A stretch of 64,000 nt of DNA from Massalongia carnosa (Eukaryota), in contig OZ287067.1 of assembly GCA_965645245.1 (NCBI GenBank), positions 2,418,001 to 2,482,000 on the forward strand. Direction: 5' to 3'. Position 1 is the stretch's first letter, and each line of letters begins with the position of its first letter. Both the position numbers and the translations under genes were made by a program. Below, one piece after another: positions 47,949 through 61,885 of the stretch. A model generated the notes under the pieces. It was not told where the DNA came from, did no database searches, and saw only the letters and a program-made list of their open reading frames with translations.

Positions 47949-50219
47949 GAGAACGAGGAACCAAGCTACCTTTCCGCAGTAATGAGAAGGCTAAAAGACC
48001 AAAGTTTATGGAATATTCAAAAATCGAACCGTTATGCTCGAAACAGGCTGTTATATTTAATTAATTAAGATGTCGATGAGACAAGAAAGAACACGCCATG
48101 ACTTCTTATCTGCATGTTAAGCGAGCAGTTTATATACGTCTGAACAAGATGACAAACAAGACGCTAAGATTCAATGAGATGTCGATAGAGAATGGAGTAC
48201 AGAGTTGGAAGTCGGCGAAATGTGTAGTCTCTGCTTATATACGCGTCGATCATGCTTAAATACGTAATATGTGGATGATTCTGAAGGTTGCAGGGTGTAA
48301 GCGAATCCTATTCTTCGAGACTTTTAAGGCAATGTAACGGTTATGCTGATGACATTTCTGCAGTCGAGCGAGTCTTCCACATACGGGCATAAATACGGCT
48401 CCAAGATAAAATAGTTGAATAAGCTCATCATGCATGGACCTGACCTATTGTGACTGAAACCCATGCATTGGTAGGGAAAAAGTAGATAAAACTGGTCTTA
48501 AGCCCAGCGTGTCTCACTGGGCGACAGGAGTGTTGGACACAGAATCGACCTCTAAGTTGCGGTGAGTGCGACAGAGTAACTTTCGAGGTAACTGATCCAA
48601 AGTATGACTACAGCTCAGCTCGGACATTCCATTCGGGTCATCCTGAAGGCCGTAAATGAAGCCGCGTCGTAATCAAATCAAAGTTGGAGTAAGCCATCAT
48701 AATCTTATCTTATCGCATTCGTGCTACGTATCACAGGCGACGACGAATCGACGAGAAAATCCTATGATACGTATAAATCCTCAAAATCCATCGCTTGACG
48801 CGCTCCTCGAGAAGGAGACAAAATAAGGCGTAGTCTTGGGCACTAACTCCTGGAGTACAGTCGATCTTACCCAAGTATTCCCGACAAAACAGTGGCTCGC
48901 ACTCTGAGTCAAGGCTACAATGAATGGATAGATCTTGAATGGAAAGTTTCCAGGATTATGATGCGGTCGATGGTTCAGCTCGAATCCTAAGAAACATATG
49001 CTTAGTCTAACAAGATGAGATTGCAACATCCTTTTTATGAGGTTGGCAGAACCACCAACCATATACCCCGACCACTTACACATACATGCTTAGAAATTCA
49101 GCTTATCTGTCTGCGTATCGAAGTCCTCCCCTCTGATGCTGAAAATATCCAAATGTCGGGCAAGGCGTCAGCGTCTTCGTAGCAGTGAGTATCCCAACCT
49201 TAATATTCTAAGGACGTTTTTTTGGTCTTGCTCCACTTTTCATTCCTGCTCATCTAGCAGTTCGCTCCTTTCATAAAGTGTGTTTCGAATCCGAGCATAA
49301 AGTGTATTCCTTTTCGAAACAAAGCTGTACGTTTTATCTGCTCCATCCACTCTATTTGGCTTTTCGAGGGCTTGTTCATTAATATCTCCTAATCCTCTTA
49401 AGATATTCGATTTCGAAATTCAGTGATGAATACTGGGTACAGGACCATGTTAGACGAATGTATGCCACTTGAGATTGAGATTAAATTTACCGAGTGATCC
49501 ATGAAACCAATGATAGGGTATTTTAGGCAAACATAAAGCCTCGGGTGCTCAGAACAATACTAAGACGAGCTTCGAGATGAATGCCTAACTAAGTTAATAG
49601 CATTAGATCGCCCATCAAGCCTTGTTGAAGGATTCTTAAACCGGGCTACTATTATGCAACCCTAGTAGCTCGATTGTCCATGTGGATGTCTGTCGCCGAT
49701 CACGTCAAACGAGATGTCAAACCATCCATGCGTCTCTGTGCCACAAGCAATGCAACCAACCAGAATCGCTTGGTTTCGTAAACCGAGTTCGGTAGCCACT
49801 CTGGGTTTTAAGTTTGAAATGAAGTCATGCCATCTGTCAACACACAGATTAGCCCTCCGCCATGGTCAAATAATCTAAGCAAAGACGCGCCACTGCACCT
49901 TTCTAATTAACAGCTCAAGCGAGACTCACCTAGCCCACTAAAAATACCACTTCTCCCAATGTCAATGATTTGTCCATGCCTGTTAAATATGGACATTTCC
50001 ATCCCCCGGAGAGTCACCGTCCGATCCAGGTACACCGTTGGTGCATTAACAACTCTAAAATGTGTTACTTGTGAACCTATCTTTACTCAAAAGTGGCAAA
50101 AGAGTTCCAAAGAAGGAACAGTTATTTTTCCCTTTTATTCATTCCTTAAGGGGAGGGTTTGAACTGTTCCCTTCGATGTACATCTCTTCCTATTAAATTA
50201 GTAAGTGGGTAAATATCGA

Positions 50220-50293
50220 CTCCCTGTCGGGGATTCGAACCGGCGTGGTGTGCGTTTACGTTTGCGTAGGAATTACCGCTTGACTACGAGGCT
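50220..50293 (-). other. tRNA-derived sequence (pseudo-tRNA or SINE head)
   Basis: A-box-like TAGTCAAGCGG and B-box GGTTCGAATCC at tRNA spacing, with 3' ACAGGGAG. The acceptor and anticodon stems do not pair properly. Confidence 0.6.
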
Positions 50294-52088
50294 GTTAGTG
50301 ATAGAATGGCGACTTAAAGGAAGACTTATTTAGAAATTCTTTAGGTTTTAAACCCATGGCGATTTCCTATACAATCGCCTACTGGCGGAATTTGTTTACC
50401 GCTGCCGTTCTTGTAAATCCATAGATCAATACACTGATGAGTCAACACCTAGAGGAAATCAAGAACGCTACTGGGATTTTCATGAAAATGTGATAAAAAC
50501 TATTAAGAGACTCTGTCTTGCTTTACTGCTAAATTGGCTTTTGAAACTTCCATAACGATTGGCACCGGGCCAAGTATGCCGCAATATTTGTCAAAAGTCA
50601 AAGCTCGAAGAGATCCAGCTCTGTCGGTAGAATAGATTATATTCGTTATGTCCCGTATACGTAGTCTTACCTTCAAACGAGAAGGTATTTCCCAATTCTC
50701 TATCAATATCACCAAGGCTTGATAGAAAGCGAATGCTTGGCGAAGTCGGATCAAGCATTGCTATGTTCGGAGGGGTCCTCATCTTATTATCTGCTCAGCG
50801 GACAGCAAGATTTCGCTTTCCTATGAAAACTTGAAAAATACACTTTCTAGAATGCTGTATAACCAACCCAACGCTTCAACTCCTTGAAAAAATCTGTAGT
50901 GTCAAGAATCATTAAGCTGCAAGACTCGTTAAGATAACATGATGATTGGCTGGGTGTAACAAAGCATAACTCCAGAATAACGTAACTAAGCACCCAAAGC
51001 CGTTTATTACAACGACAGCGACATTTCGGCTTTCATGTGAACGTTTCTAGTATAGGGTAAACTCTGTTTGATGTGTTGCTGGAGTCATCAAGTGAGTCAG
51101 CTAAAGCGACTCTGCTATCATAGCCGTCCATGATAGAGGGATTGAAAATTGGTTTCTTGCCGGTAACGACGGAATTTCTCTGAGAAATGGCTTAAACAGC
51201 CAAGGATCATTTGTTCAACGTTGCCTGAATGCGGGCTGGAATTCAGCTCTGCGGTAAAGCTCAGTATCACTGCCACCTCTGTATACTTTAACTCTGGTCT
51301 TTGTGTAGATTGCGGAAGAATGACGGAGGCTCGCTGTAGTAGCTTGAAAGTGAAAACCAGAACAAAATCCGACTCTCTCTCGTTTTTGCACTCGCCGTCC
51401 TCGGCTGAAGAGCCCGTGTCAGATCAGTCGAGTATGTTGTTAGGAAGAGTCTCGGCACTCTTCACAAAATCTTTGCTATTGTTTAAAAAAACGATTCTTA
51501 ACCTCAATAGCCATATCTAAACCGGCGTCTTCTGCTGTTGTAAACCATGGAATTGCAATCTATAAGCAATGCCATTTATCACTCCCAGTATTTAACTAAC
51601 TTCGGAAACAGTTTTCCAATGGAGTTGGGAGCGAATAGAACATGAGAAGATGACAACATTATGTGCGGCAACGGCAAAAATCTAAAAGGAGTTGAAAGGA
51701 TCTGAGACTTACGTTCACAATACAAATAGTATGCCAAATTCAATCCTTTCTTTACGTGCAACGTAAGCGTAAAACATTTGGTCATTTTGGATGTATTGTA
51801 TTGTGGTTTTCTTATCAGAGGAAATGTTCTCCTGATTCTATCCAAATACAAGATTGTCGACTTCCGCGTTTGGTGTCAGATAATCTGGCCTCAGGAGGCG
51901 TAATATAAGCGAATGGGTTACCGGAAGACATTACTACGTAGTGAATAGGTATGCCTTTTATTTTCAAAGCGATATTGCCACGGAGACAACGTTACAGAAA
52001 TCGATATTATACCTAAGACAAGCTTGTTAACAGCCAAGAGCTTTCCCACATATTCATGATGATCGATCTTCACAAGCAAGCTCCAGTT

Positions 52089-53540
52089 TCATCTCACCCC
52101 GGCCCCCACAACGCCAGGATTCCGAATCACGCCATCTTCTTCAGGCCACCCACCAAGCTGAACGGCATCCTGTTCAGGGCGACCTGCCGGATGGGTATCG
52201 AGCTGAACTTTCAAGCTCTGGTCTGGCAGCGATGGAGCACTCCAAACTTCGGTTGAAACAAGCTCTATTTTTGAGCCGAGTGTTGTTTTAGCGGTCCCCC
52301 CTAATGGATCACCTAATGGAATTTGGTGAGGACTTCCGGGCGGAAGCGTTGAAGATGTCGTTTTGCTCTTGTCACTCGAGAAGATTGCTTTCAGGTCTCT
52401 GAAAAGTGGTGTGTAGCAGGGCAGACACACGCTGACAATGCCAAGACAAATCTCTGCATGGGACCATACGCCTGCCGACACGTCCGTCCCTGGAAGAATG
52501 TTAGTAGCATCAAGGGTGAGGAGCGAAGAAAGAGTCACAAGATACGTCTCCTCTTGGAACCTTGATGATGTAGGTCAGCCTGATCACATTAATGATGCAA
52601 ACGCTATTTTATCAATGCTTCGGTCAGCCAATTACTCGCCATGCATCAGATTAAGGGATGAGTACTGACAATCCACCCAATAGAAATATGCCACACACGG
52701 CCACTTTAGTTCTCAGGCTTGCTTGAAGGCCCCAGATGAGTGGCAGGGGTGCTGCAACAATGCACATATCGAGTACTAACGTTAAAACCGTGTGGCCACT
52801 GTAAAACGGCCGAGCGCTGAAGCACCGGCCTTTGACGGACTGGTCCCAGATTTTACTAAGCGGTCGGCAGTTTACGAGCACAATGATGAAAATTCCAAGG
52901 TTAATGGTGGCGGTAAAGACGCCAAGCACATAAAGAGTATTTCGGAACCATAGGCGATGGATGTTGAAAACTCGTCGATACAACAACAAAAGTGAGATTT
53001 GGGTTAACGTCACACTCAGGATGAAGTTGAATTCATTGAAAAAGAAGGCCTAAAGTAGGAGGTCACGATATTGTTAGAGTTGGAGAGCAGAATGCAGCTT
53101 AGGTCAAGGTTTTTGTTACCTTGATCGCTGGCTTCACTTCCTTTGGGGTCGTAGCTAAGATATGCCGTCCATAACCATTTCGTACCTCTGGTAGTATCAG
53201 CATCGTCGTCATATGGATGAGCATGCAACCGAAAAGCGTACGGTATATGAAAGAAATGAAAGAGAACCAACAAAACAGCTGCGGATTGTTTAGTGATGTT
53301 CTCGCCCCTCTTATCGTTTAATGTTACATGTGCACGCACGCAAGCCGCAAAAACGGTATAATCATCTGCTCTACATCCGGCCTTCGTGCGCCATCTAACC
53401 AAGAATCGCAAGAAAACTGCTATAGTTGCCAACACTGAAAGCACAGCAACGCCAGCGTGAATAGCAGGCCCCTTGGTTTCCTGAAGGTGCGACAGTTGGT
53501 AGTTGACTTCCGCAGGAGATAAGCCGAGGCCATCAGCCAT
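52089..53540 (-). CDS. Second Pth11-like integral membrane protein (fungal rhodopsin domain), multi-exon
   Basis: MADGLGLSPAEVNYQLSHLQE; LRFLVR..ADDY, QISLLLLYRRVF, NCRPLSKIWD, LDMCIVAAPLP and WSHAEICLGIVSVCLP motifs. Confidence 0.9.
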
Positions 53541-54681
53541 AATGCAACAAATCAAAGCACCAAAAAGGAGAATGAATCGCTATTATTGGGGTCTGTGACT
53601 TCATGATAGTTGTGTTGAAAGAGGTCAGATGTCCCAGGTTTTATGATTGCTTATGTCGAAGGTTGTCTGACTGGGGTTGTTTGATCCCCACAATAGAGGC
53701 GTGGACTACGCGGCAGCCACCAAATATGCCGGGGTTAACTAACATAAGTGAGCAATTACCTAGAGTATGTACCTGCGGGAGCTTCACCAGACGTGTACCT
53801 AGGATCATTTATTCTTTAAGTATATTCGCATTGGTTTCAAGAAACTTGATGTTCAAGGAAGCGTACTAAATTCTCGATACTGTTAACATACTCGTGTACT
53901 TCGTACTGCTTCAGTTCAATTTATCTTCATTAGTTATTGCGAGGCAATTTTAGTATCTAAGGGAACTAGCCAATAAAAACTTCCTAGCCTCGTAGGATTC
54001 TGCAGCCATCAATCCAACGCTGGACGAATTAAGCCAATGAGCGACCGCTGACAAGGTCTTATCGAATACGGTCATTGCTCCGTGTGGCTTGATTGTGCGA
54101 GTAATCACCATGGAAGGTACCATCGAAGGTACCTTGAAACCCATTCCCGCGACCTGGACCTGCATGCCAGCCCATATGGGAGATCAACATCTCAACTGCC
54201 GACATCCTCATTACCTAAGTATATTAAAGTGTAAGCTTCCCACTCCCACGCGACTGGGCTAGTGCGTGTATGACTGTCAAAGATTCCCCAATCGAAGGCG
54301 CACAATCATTCACGCGTAAAAGTTTTTTTCCTGAGGGAGCACTGGCGGCTTCCATCTGTGCCGTCGTGGCTTCGAAAAGCAATGATGAGAGTGCTTTGGA
54401 AAGAAAGAGATAGCCATTTCTGCGCAAAGAAATCACGACATGTGATGAGCTAAGCGAGGAATCTAGGAATTACTGTCTCGGCGTTAGCAGAAGCGGCGGG
54501 GATCCGTCGTAAACACATATAAGCCAGAAACATGCTTTGAGAGTAGATGGGCGAATAAGGTTTAGAAGATTATAACGATCTTGGCTATAACGATAATCTG
54601 CTTCTAGCGATTTGACCACGTGGAACTGGTTATTTTCTTAGATATTGTTAGTATTTTATCGAGTTTTTTGGTACAATCATA

Positions 54682-56842
54682 GAAGATTTCCCGAGGAAAT
54701 GCCGCGCCCGGCGAAATGCCGCACTTTACAATTCGGCATTAGAATATTGTTTTCGTCGTTGATCAACAACTACAACGATTAATGGAATGTGTATTAAATA
54801 TAGTATAAATAGAAAGTATATACACGATATCCGACCTTAAAAACCTTACATAGCAAAACGCCCTGGGCGCTGGACCCTTCTTCCAGTCGAGGTAGTTAAA
54901 ACCACCTCCTCTACCTCTTTAGCGATAATAACACGAGTAGGCGGCTTTACCTTCTTCTTTCGAGTCTTTTGAACTTTATTAGACCCTGTATACTGCTTCT
55001 GCTGCCCGAGCTGTCCCTTAGGATATCTGTTTGCTGTTTTACGTAACTCCTTCTGAGCCTGCTTCTCAGCGGCCTTTGCTACCTTTGCTTCTGCAGTCAA
55101 TCGCCGCTTCTCTAGAGCGATTGCTACCTTTTCTAGCTTCTCCTCTTCTTTCTGTAACCTTTTAGCAGTAGCTTGTCGTCGCTTCTCGCTAATATCTAGC
55201 TGGCGTTGTGCTTCTTCTTCCTCTTTTGCTGCTTGAAATTCCCTGGCAGCCTGTACTCGCCTAGGACTAAAGAATTGAGGGCCTGAGTCCTCTTCCCCAA
55301 CTAAATTAAGCCGTTTACCTCTCTTCCTCCTCTTCTTTTCGTCCTGAAGGGTATTGCAGAGCCCTTTGATCACGTATTTGTTGATAGAGTCCTGGGCAGC
55401 AAGGCGTTCGTTAGCCCGGAAGATCTTTGCTAGTAATAAATTTGTAGGCGCAATATCGTACGCTCGCTGCGTACGGCGAATAGCACGGCTTGTCATTGGT
55501 GTTTTTGGCGACTGAGAAGGAGCCTCGATTATCTGTGGTGTGATAACATTTAGTATAAGGCTCGGATTGTAAGGCCAAATACCGGTTTTTTCGAAGGCAG
55601 AAGTAATTTTTTCCTCCGAAAATGCCTGCTGCCATGCAGGGAAGAAAACGCTCCAAAAGGCTCTTTTTGACATGTTTATCATGCCTAGACTCTCGAACAT
55701 TAGTCTATTCAGCCCATTGGTATAGAACGTTGCTAACGGCGCGAATAGAGAAACGTCCAGAGGCTGTAAACGATGCGTAGAGTGCGAAGGTAGAATCAGG
55801 AGAAGAATACGTAAGTTATCGCATTTATCGATAAACTTAAGATTCACGTGGCTAGAATGACCGTCTACTATCAGTAAACGTCTTCTATTTCTAGCCTTTT
55901 GCTTCGTATAACGCTGAAAAACCTGCTCTAGCCAATTTAGGCCAAGGATATCACAACTCCATCCTTTCGCCGATACTGCAAAGAACGCCTCGTCATTAGG
56001 ATTTACATCCTCAACCCATGTATCCTGGAGTATGCCAGAGTCGCCTTTATAGATCAAGGCAGGAGGTAAAGCGGTTCCGTCGGCCCCGATACAAGCAAGG
56101 AGGCTGATAAACTCCCTATTCCCGTCCTGGCTTGCATGTGTGATCCGCCCTGATTCAAGGGCCTCTAGCGACATGATACGTTGCGTGGCGCTTGCTTGGC
56201 CAATCACAAAGCCCTTTTCGTCCCAATTGTAAAGGTTTTCCCTCGTGATATTGTATTTTTCGACACCGGCGATTAGCTAATAGAAACATTAGTTATTTTC
56301 GATCATAATTAATATTCAACAAATAGGAATGGGTAGTTAACACGCTACCAAATCGTAGAATTGCTTAAATAAAGGCGGATACTCAGATTTTATACGCTGG
56401 CTATCCATATTTCGAAGATAAAGACTTTTAAGCCTATCCTTGTATCGGCGGACAAAATCCCCTGTCCAGTTCTTCCCTACAGGCCCTCCTATCACCTCCT
56501 CCGCTAGGTTTCGTACAATTCTGGCGGTTGGGGGCAGTCCACGATCGACAAGGCGATTGATTTGCTGAATTAAGGCCTCTTCCTGGGCCAAGGTAAGTCG
56601 TTACTTGTATTTTGACGCGGCTGCCTTTTGGGACACCGTTTGGCCTTTCCAGCGCCTCCGGAGGGTACTTTCGACTAGGCTAAACCTTTTAGCTGTCCCC
56701 CTGAGGTTAGGCTGATCTTGCTGATTCAGATCAGCAATTGCGAGCTCGATACGAGCGTTGAGGGTGGATTTATTCATGTCTGAAAGTAATGGTTGGAAAG
56801 TGAGAAGATGCGTCGGGTGCGGCATTTCCTCGGGAAATCTTC
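54682..56842 (-). mobile_element. pogo/Fot1 transposon F
   Basis: TIR GAAGATTTCCCGAGGAAATGCCGC at both ends. TA TSD at 54680-54681 and 56843-56844. Confidence 0.95.
54846..56777 (-). pseudogene. Transposase of element F: one intron (56277-56348), premature TAA at 56601-56603
   Basis: MNKSTLNARIELAIADL..YK*RLTLAQEE; NWDEKGF, LIVDGHSSH and QPLDVSLF motifs. Confidence 0.88.
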
Positions 56843-57982
56843 TAAGAGCCAGAAAGCGTACTAAGCCTAATTTGATAGCGAGCTAGTACAAAGTAGGATA
56901 AATTAGTATGTACCGTTTAGTATTAATGCAGATCTGATAATCTCTTTACAACGATTATAATCAAACCTTTCCGTTTATTTTTTTACAGCTTTCTTCTTGT
57001 TAGATGTCCAAACGCGCGGACCAACCGGGGGGCATACATAAAGCACTTCTCTCAGCGCTTCGGAGGTAGCAGCGGCTATGAGTGATGAGAGGAAAGAGGG
57101 ATTAACCTTGATAAGATCCTAGCACCCTAACGTAACCCACCACTACTTTAAACACCAGAATATCTAAATACCCTCATCGTCATCATCAATGACAGCGACA
57201 ATAATAATGAATTATATAAATCCTGAATAGCCTCGTCGCTCGAAAACAGTCTGATCATCACCCGAGAGTAATTACATCCCCCAACCCCTTCCATTGTCAT
57301 GGAATTACCTCGCACCCTCCCACGTTTCCTGATCGGGTTAGTATTTAACAGGCTCTCTTGCCGTGAAACCTGCCCTGCATATTGAATAGAACCGTTATTC
57401 CGAACTATCCTGAAACCTCACCCCATGTGTTCAGACGTTCTTCCGCTGCCTTCAGTGCACTCCCAAACTCCTATATCCCGAATCCAATCTCAACGTCTCC
57501 ACTATCCAAGCCTACGACTGGGATTGCCCAGCAGAGAGAGATTGCTTCGGCATGGAGAAAGGCGGAACAGGTCAAAGCGATCATGGTTAGGAAATTAGAA
57601 CAGGAACAGAGATGAGGGCAAGTCAAGAATAGGGGAGTTGGAAGCCATGGCTATAAAACCTATGTGGTTTCTCAGGTGTTTGGAGCTCTTCGTCGGACGT
57701 CTTGTATACTATCCCTAGACCTAGCTTTCTAATAGTAACTCTTGCATATCTCCCTATCTGGACCTTGTCCGTGACATCCATTACCATCCGAAAAACCTCG
57801 TCGTCGAACTTCAACTCTCAAGATTTATGTCTTCATAAATTAGGACTTCCCTCCCTCACCACCGGCCTGATAAAATAAGGCGCGTTCAAACTCGACCCGT
57901 AAAGGCTCGGAGATGCTTTCAAAGAACGAGCTTGCGGGGTAGGCGAATCCCATACAAAAATCAATTGTGTTTGGGTGGAATT

Positions 57983-60445
57983 TCAGGTAAACTTCATCTG
58001 ACTTTGAGAGGTAAATGGAGCATTTGTAGGCAAATTATCTCGTCTTCTTTTCGATGGTCCTTGATTTGACATCTTCAACCTCTTTTCCTTCTCCTTCTGC
58101 ATGGCCTTTGTCATTCGTTCACGCTTACGTTCAGTCTTCAGTTCATCCTCTTTCTTTTTCTTCTCAGCCTGAGAGGCCACTCGTTTGATTCTTTTATCTT
58201 TTTTCTTTCCAGCCTCCTTCTTTTCAGCAGCGTTCATCTTTCTAGTCTCAACGGCCTCCTTTCTCAGACGAGTGATCTCTGCTTTCTCCTTCTCTTTATG
58301 CGATATGCCTCGGCCTGAGCCTCGGTGAGAACACGTCCGAAAGCAATGTCATAAGTAGCCCTTTTCCCTGCCACTTTTCTCTTTTTCTTTCTCTTCTTGG
58401 CCAGATTCGCTTTGAATAATGACTGAGTAGAGTCTTGAAGAAGTGTTCGATCTGCGAAGGCGATAGCAGTTGCTCTTTTGAGACGCCGAAGCCGGTCTTG
58501 ATGTGATTTGGGTATGAAAATTTCCAATGAATTCAACATAGCAGAGTAATCGCGCTTGTTAGAAGGAGTTCTATCGAAAGAATTGTTCGAAAATGAACTG
58601 TTGATGAAGGTGGAGGTGGAGGTGGAGGTCAAGGGAAATACGATTGAACTCGAAGGGGCCGAAGGAACCGATTGAAGAAATTGAGGTAATTTCTCAATTA
58701 ATCGCTGCGGGTCAAAAGAATAAATACCTGAACTTGATAGCAAAACATTAAGAAAAGAATGTTACTTTTATTCACCAGTTGCAACCCAAGCTGACATGAT
58801 TACATCGAAAGTCATGACCGTTTCTCTTGCCCTCTTTAGAAACTTCAGATAATTCAATTTATTCACGTACAGCTCTCCGAATTTATTTCGCTCCTTTAGC
58901 TGTTTTTTTATGCTTTGTCCAGAGGTCCGAAACATTCTACGTTCAAAGGCTGAAGAAAATGAGTAGTATGAGGTGGAAGACAGAGCGGAATTATATCCAC
59001 TGACCAGCAGTACTCGATAAAATCAACAGAGACATGAGACGCATGCCCGTCAATCAGAAGAAGTCGTCGGCCTTTCAAATGAACTGTCTGAGGATTGAAA
59101 CACTCTCTCACCCAGGTCAGTCCATGACTGCAGTCCAGCCATTCTTGCTAACGGCAAAGGTTGCCTCGAGAAATTCCTCCTTTCAGGGTTTTACTATTCG
59201 TATACCTTCGAAGATAATCATGAGCTTGAACACGCATCCTCGAGTAGAAACGAACGCTATGCAGGTGCTCCATTTCCTGTCTCCAGAATGAACGGAAAAG
59301 GCGTTTTTGTCGCATCGTCGCACGATGACCTTTCTACAAAATAATAAAAATTTTAGCGTAAACATCAAACCTTAAACGATGAGGCTTAAAACTTTAAATC
59401 AAGATTAAATTTTCAACCAATCGATGATCTGAAATGTAGCCCTGCTCAAGCTTATTAACCGTAAAACATCTAATCTCAGATATTTTCTAACCGAAAGTGA
59501 CTTAGCTGAAAATATGATCACTTACCGAATATTTCCCGCAACTCCCATCAGATGTCCCTTTTCATCCATGTTATAAACATCACCTGTCGCAATGCCATAC
59601 TTGTCCATTGTTCTTCGAACAAGCGAGAACCAATCCTCGAACACTTTGCGATCAGTGTTCCAATGTCGTTCCTGATCCAAGTGACGAGGATATCGAGAAC
59701 GATAGTCCGAATATCGATCAAGAAAGCGCTTCGTCCAATTAATTCCCAAAGATGCAGAAGATTCAACGCGAAGTCTCAACAACTTCATGACCTTTTCACG
59801 AATCATATCAAAGCGAGCGGGAAAACCCAAAGCAGTGCTCGAATCAATGTAATTAAGAATGGATTGCTCCTCGCTGTCATCCAAAAGGCGACGAGTCAGA
59901 CCATAATCCGCGGCATTTCGACTTCCTTTTATTCGACGGGCCACAGTTCCCCTGTTGACCCCGTAAATAAGAGCGACTTCGTTCGCTGTTTTTCTTTTGC
60001 TCTTTGCAGCTATGACAGCTAGACCTACACGATCTCCTCTGGAAAGCGGCGCAATCACCCGCCTGGCCAAAGGCGATGACATGGGCGAGGAAGACAGGGA
60101 AGAACATACCGAGTTCATGCGAGGTGGAGAGGGCGATGATGCATAAAAAGCCTCCAACTATTCTTTCACTTCTCCGCGAATTTCTTTGCGCACATGGTCC
60201 ATGGTCATGTCCGGTACGCGTGCGAGACCTGTCCAATAGCCCTCCCGTTCTAAGACCTGATAATATGCCAGTTGACGCAGTAGATCAAGCTTCTTGTCGA
60301 GATCATTATCCTTCAAAGCGGCCTCGAGCTTCGTGTTCAATTGTCGATGCACTCGCTCTCTCCACTCCTTTCCAGATATGCCATCTACCAAAGGTTCTTC
60401 GACAAGCTCTTCGAACTGTCGTCGGATGGCGACGGCCTGAAGCAC
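57983..60445 (-). pseudogene. Transposase of element E with N-terminal extension; introns, stops and frameshifts
   Basis: YGVNRGTVARRIKG HTH; YNMDEKG, LLIDGHASH and LQPLNV motifs. Intron 59334-59525. In-frame TAG at 60158-60160. Confidence 0.85.
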
Positions 60446-60489
60446 CGGATTTATTGAACGTTACGGGAGGGGAGGGGAAGAATAAAACA

Positions 60490-61008
60490 ATGGATGATGA
60501 CTGGTATCGGGATTCTCGGAGACCTCGACAAGATCAGAGCATGGAACCTGTACGTTCTTCTGATTGGAAGAGATGGAAGGGCGCGCGCCGGATGGGAATT
60601 GTTCAATTGAACTGGCCATGTCGAAAGGTCTTTGAAGAGGCAGGAAAAAGATGGAAGATTGTCCAGGAATTCGACAATTATACGACTATTTTATATACAA
60701 AAGACAACGAAGATTGGGAGAAATATCCGATGAAAAAAGAGCTTTTATGTTCATTTGGGCCTCTGATAATTCCAACCCCTTTGATTTAGATCTTGTTTGT
60801 AGCTAAGCGAACTACTTTCATTCAAAATCACACTCGTCATCTCACTATAATTAATACTGTCGATCATGAAGCTATTACGAAGAGAGTTTTCGCCTGGAGA
60901 GACTCGGAAGGCATGGGGAAGTCGGATCAAAAAGGGTGGTTGGTTTGGGCTCTGGGCGACCAATTGAAGCAATTCCTTCGGTCTGGGGTTAGATTAATGG
61001 CTGAATAA
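60490..61008 (+). pseudogene. Divergent cargo ORF inside element E (~172 codons, one internal stop), unknown function
   Basis: MDDDWYRDSRRP..IIPTPLI*ILFVAKR..GVRLMAE*. Two ORF-track entries share one frame across the TAG at 60787-60789. Confidence 0.45.
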
Positions 61009-61885
61009 GAGGCGCCTTTAGTTAGATTCATGAAGTTATTCATATCGACGACGTTGCAGCTGGCGACAGCAAGGTAAATGAAGCAATTCTGGTGTTTAAA
61101 GTAGTGGTGGGTGACGAACTAGTGGTGGGTTACGTTAGTTAGCTAGCAGAGAGAAATGTCCCCCCAAAAACATTCAAAACAAAACCCACGTCCTCAACCG
61201 CCCCTTTCTTAACATCAGCAACGACAGAAGAAGCCCCTTTTCATGCATCTTTTCTAACGACCAATAACTAAATCCCAAGAATGGCCCTGGAAAAATCCTC
61301 CCTGCCCCTACTACAATTAGTTGATTCCACAAGCCCGAAATTATATTATTCCCCACAAAGCTCCCCAGGCCCTCCCGGCATCCCATCATCGGGCTTTAAT
61401 AAAGCACCGCTCATTAAATACTTCAAGCCTGTACCTCTCTTCAGTTAGCCTCAAGTCAAGTCAACTCCCAGGAATTAGAGGTAAGTGTTTTTGAATATGT
61501 AAATGGCAAAAGGGGGGAATGATGGGAAGATTAACTACGTGAGTCGGTCGGTTGGTCGGACGGCCGGTCAGGGAAATTTTCGTCTAGGGACTATATTCTT
61601 GTTGAATCACTAGATATCATCACTAAATTTTTAGGGGGGCGGGGGGGCGTTTTGCCACAAATCCCCGTCGCAGCTAGTTCGGGGGTTCCTTCCTTTATCC
61701 ATCTATAATGGTTCGAAGTCTACTGTTTTATGCTATTACGTATCTGCACTCGTTGCATGTCTGTATAATACTAATATAAGCTAGCCTGATGTATTAAGTT
61801 CGTGGATTGGCGAGCGTAGGCTAGGGAAGCGAGGGAACTCATTAGGTAAATGAAACCCGTATCTTTCAGCTACCGACAACGACCT

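Larger units (their letters stand above)
57130..61135 (-). mobile_element. Long (4.0 kb) degenerate pogo/Fot1 element E with extra coding modules
   Basis: Termini TA-ACGTAACCCACCACTA and TAGTGGTGGGTTACGT-TA, with inner CTTTAAACACCAGAAT inverted at both ends. Confidence 0.9.

Noticed and set aside
50220..50293. Functional tRNA gene
   Set aside because: The acceptor and anticodon stems do not pair; kept only as a tRNA-derived sequence.
48700..51500. Patches of protein-like translation on the minus strand
   Set aside because: No recognisable family and no reconstructable reading frame.
45610..53540. Secondary-metabolite cluster around the Zn2Cys6 factor
   Set aside because: No PKS, NRPS, terpene synthase or tailoring enzymes in the window.
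61138..61720. Possible terminus of an older host element (G-rich tract, CTAG) into which E and F inserted
   Set aside because: No matching opposite end, convincing hairpin or TSD found.
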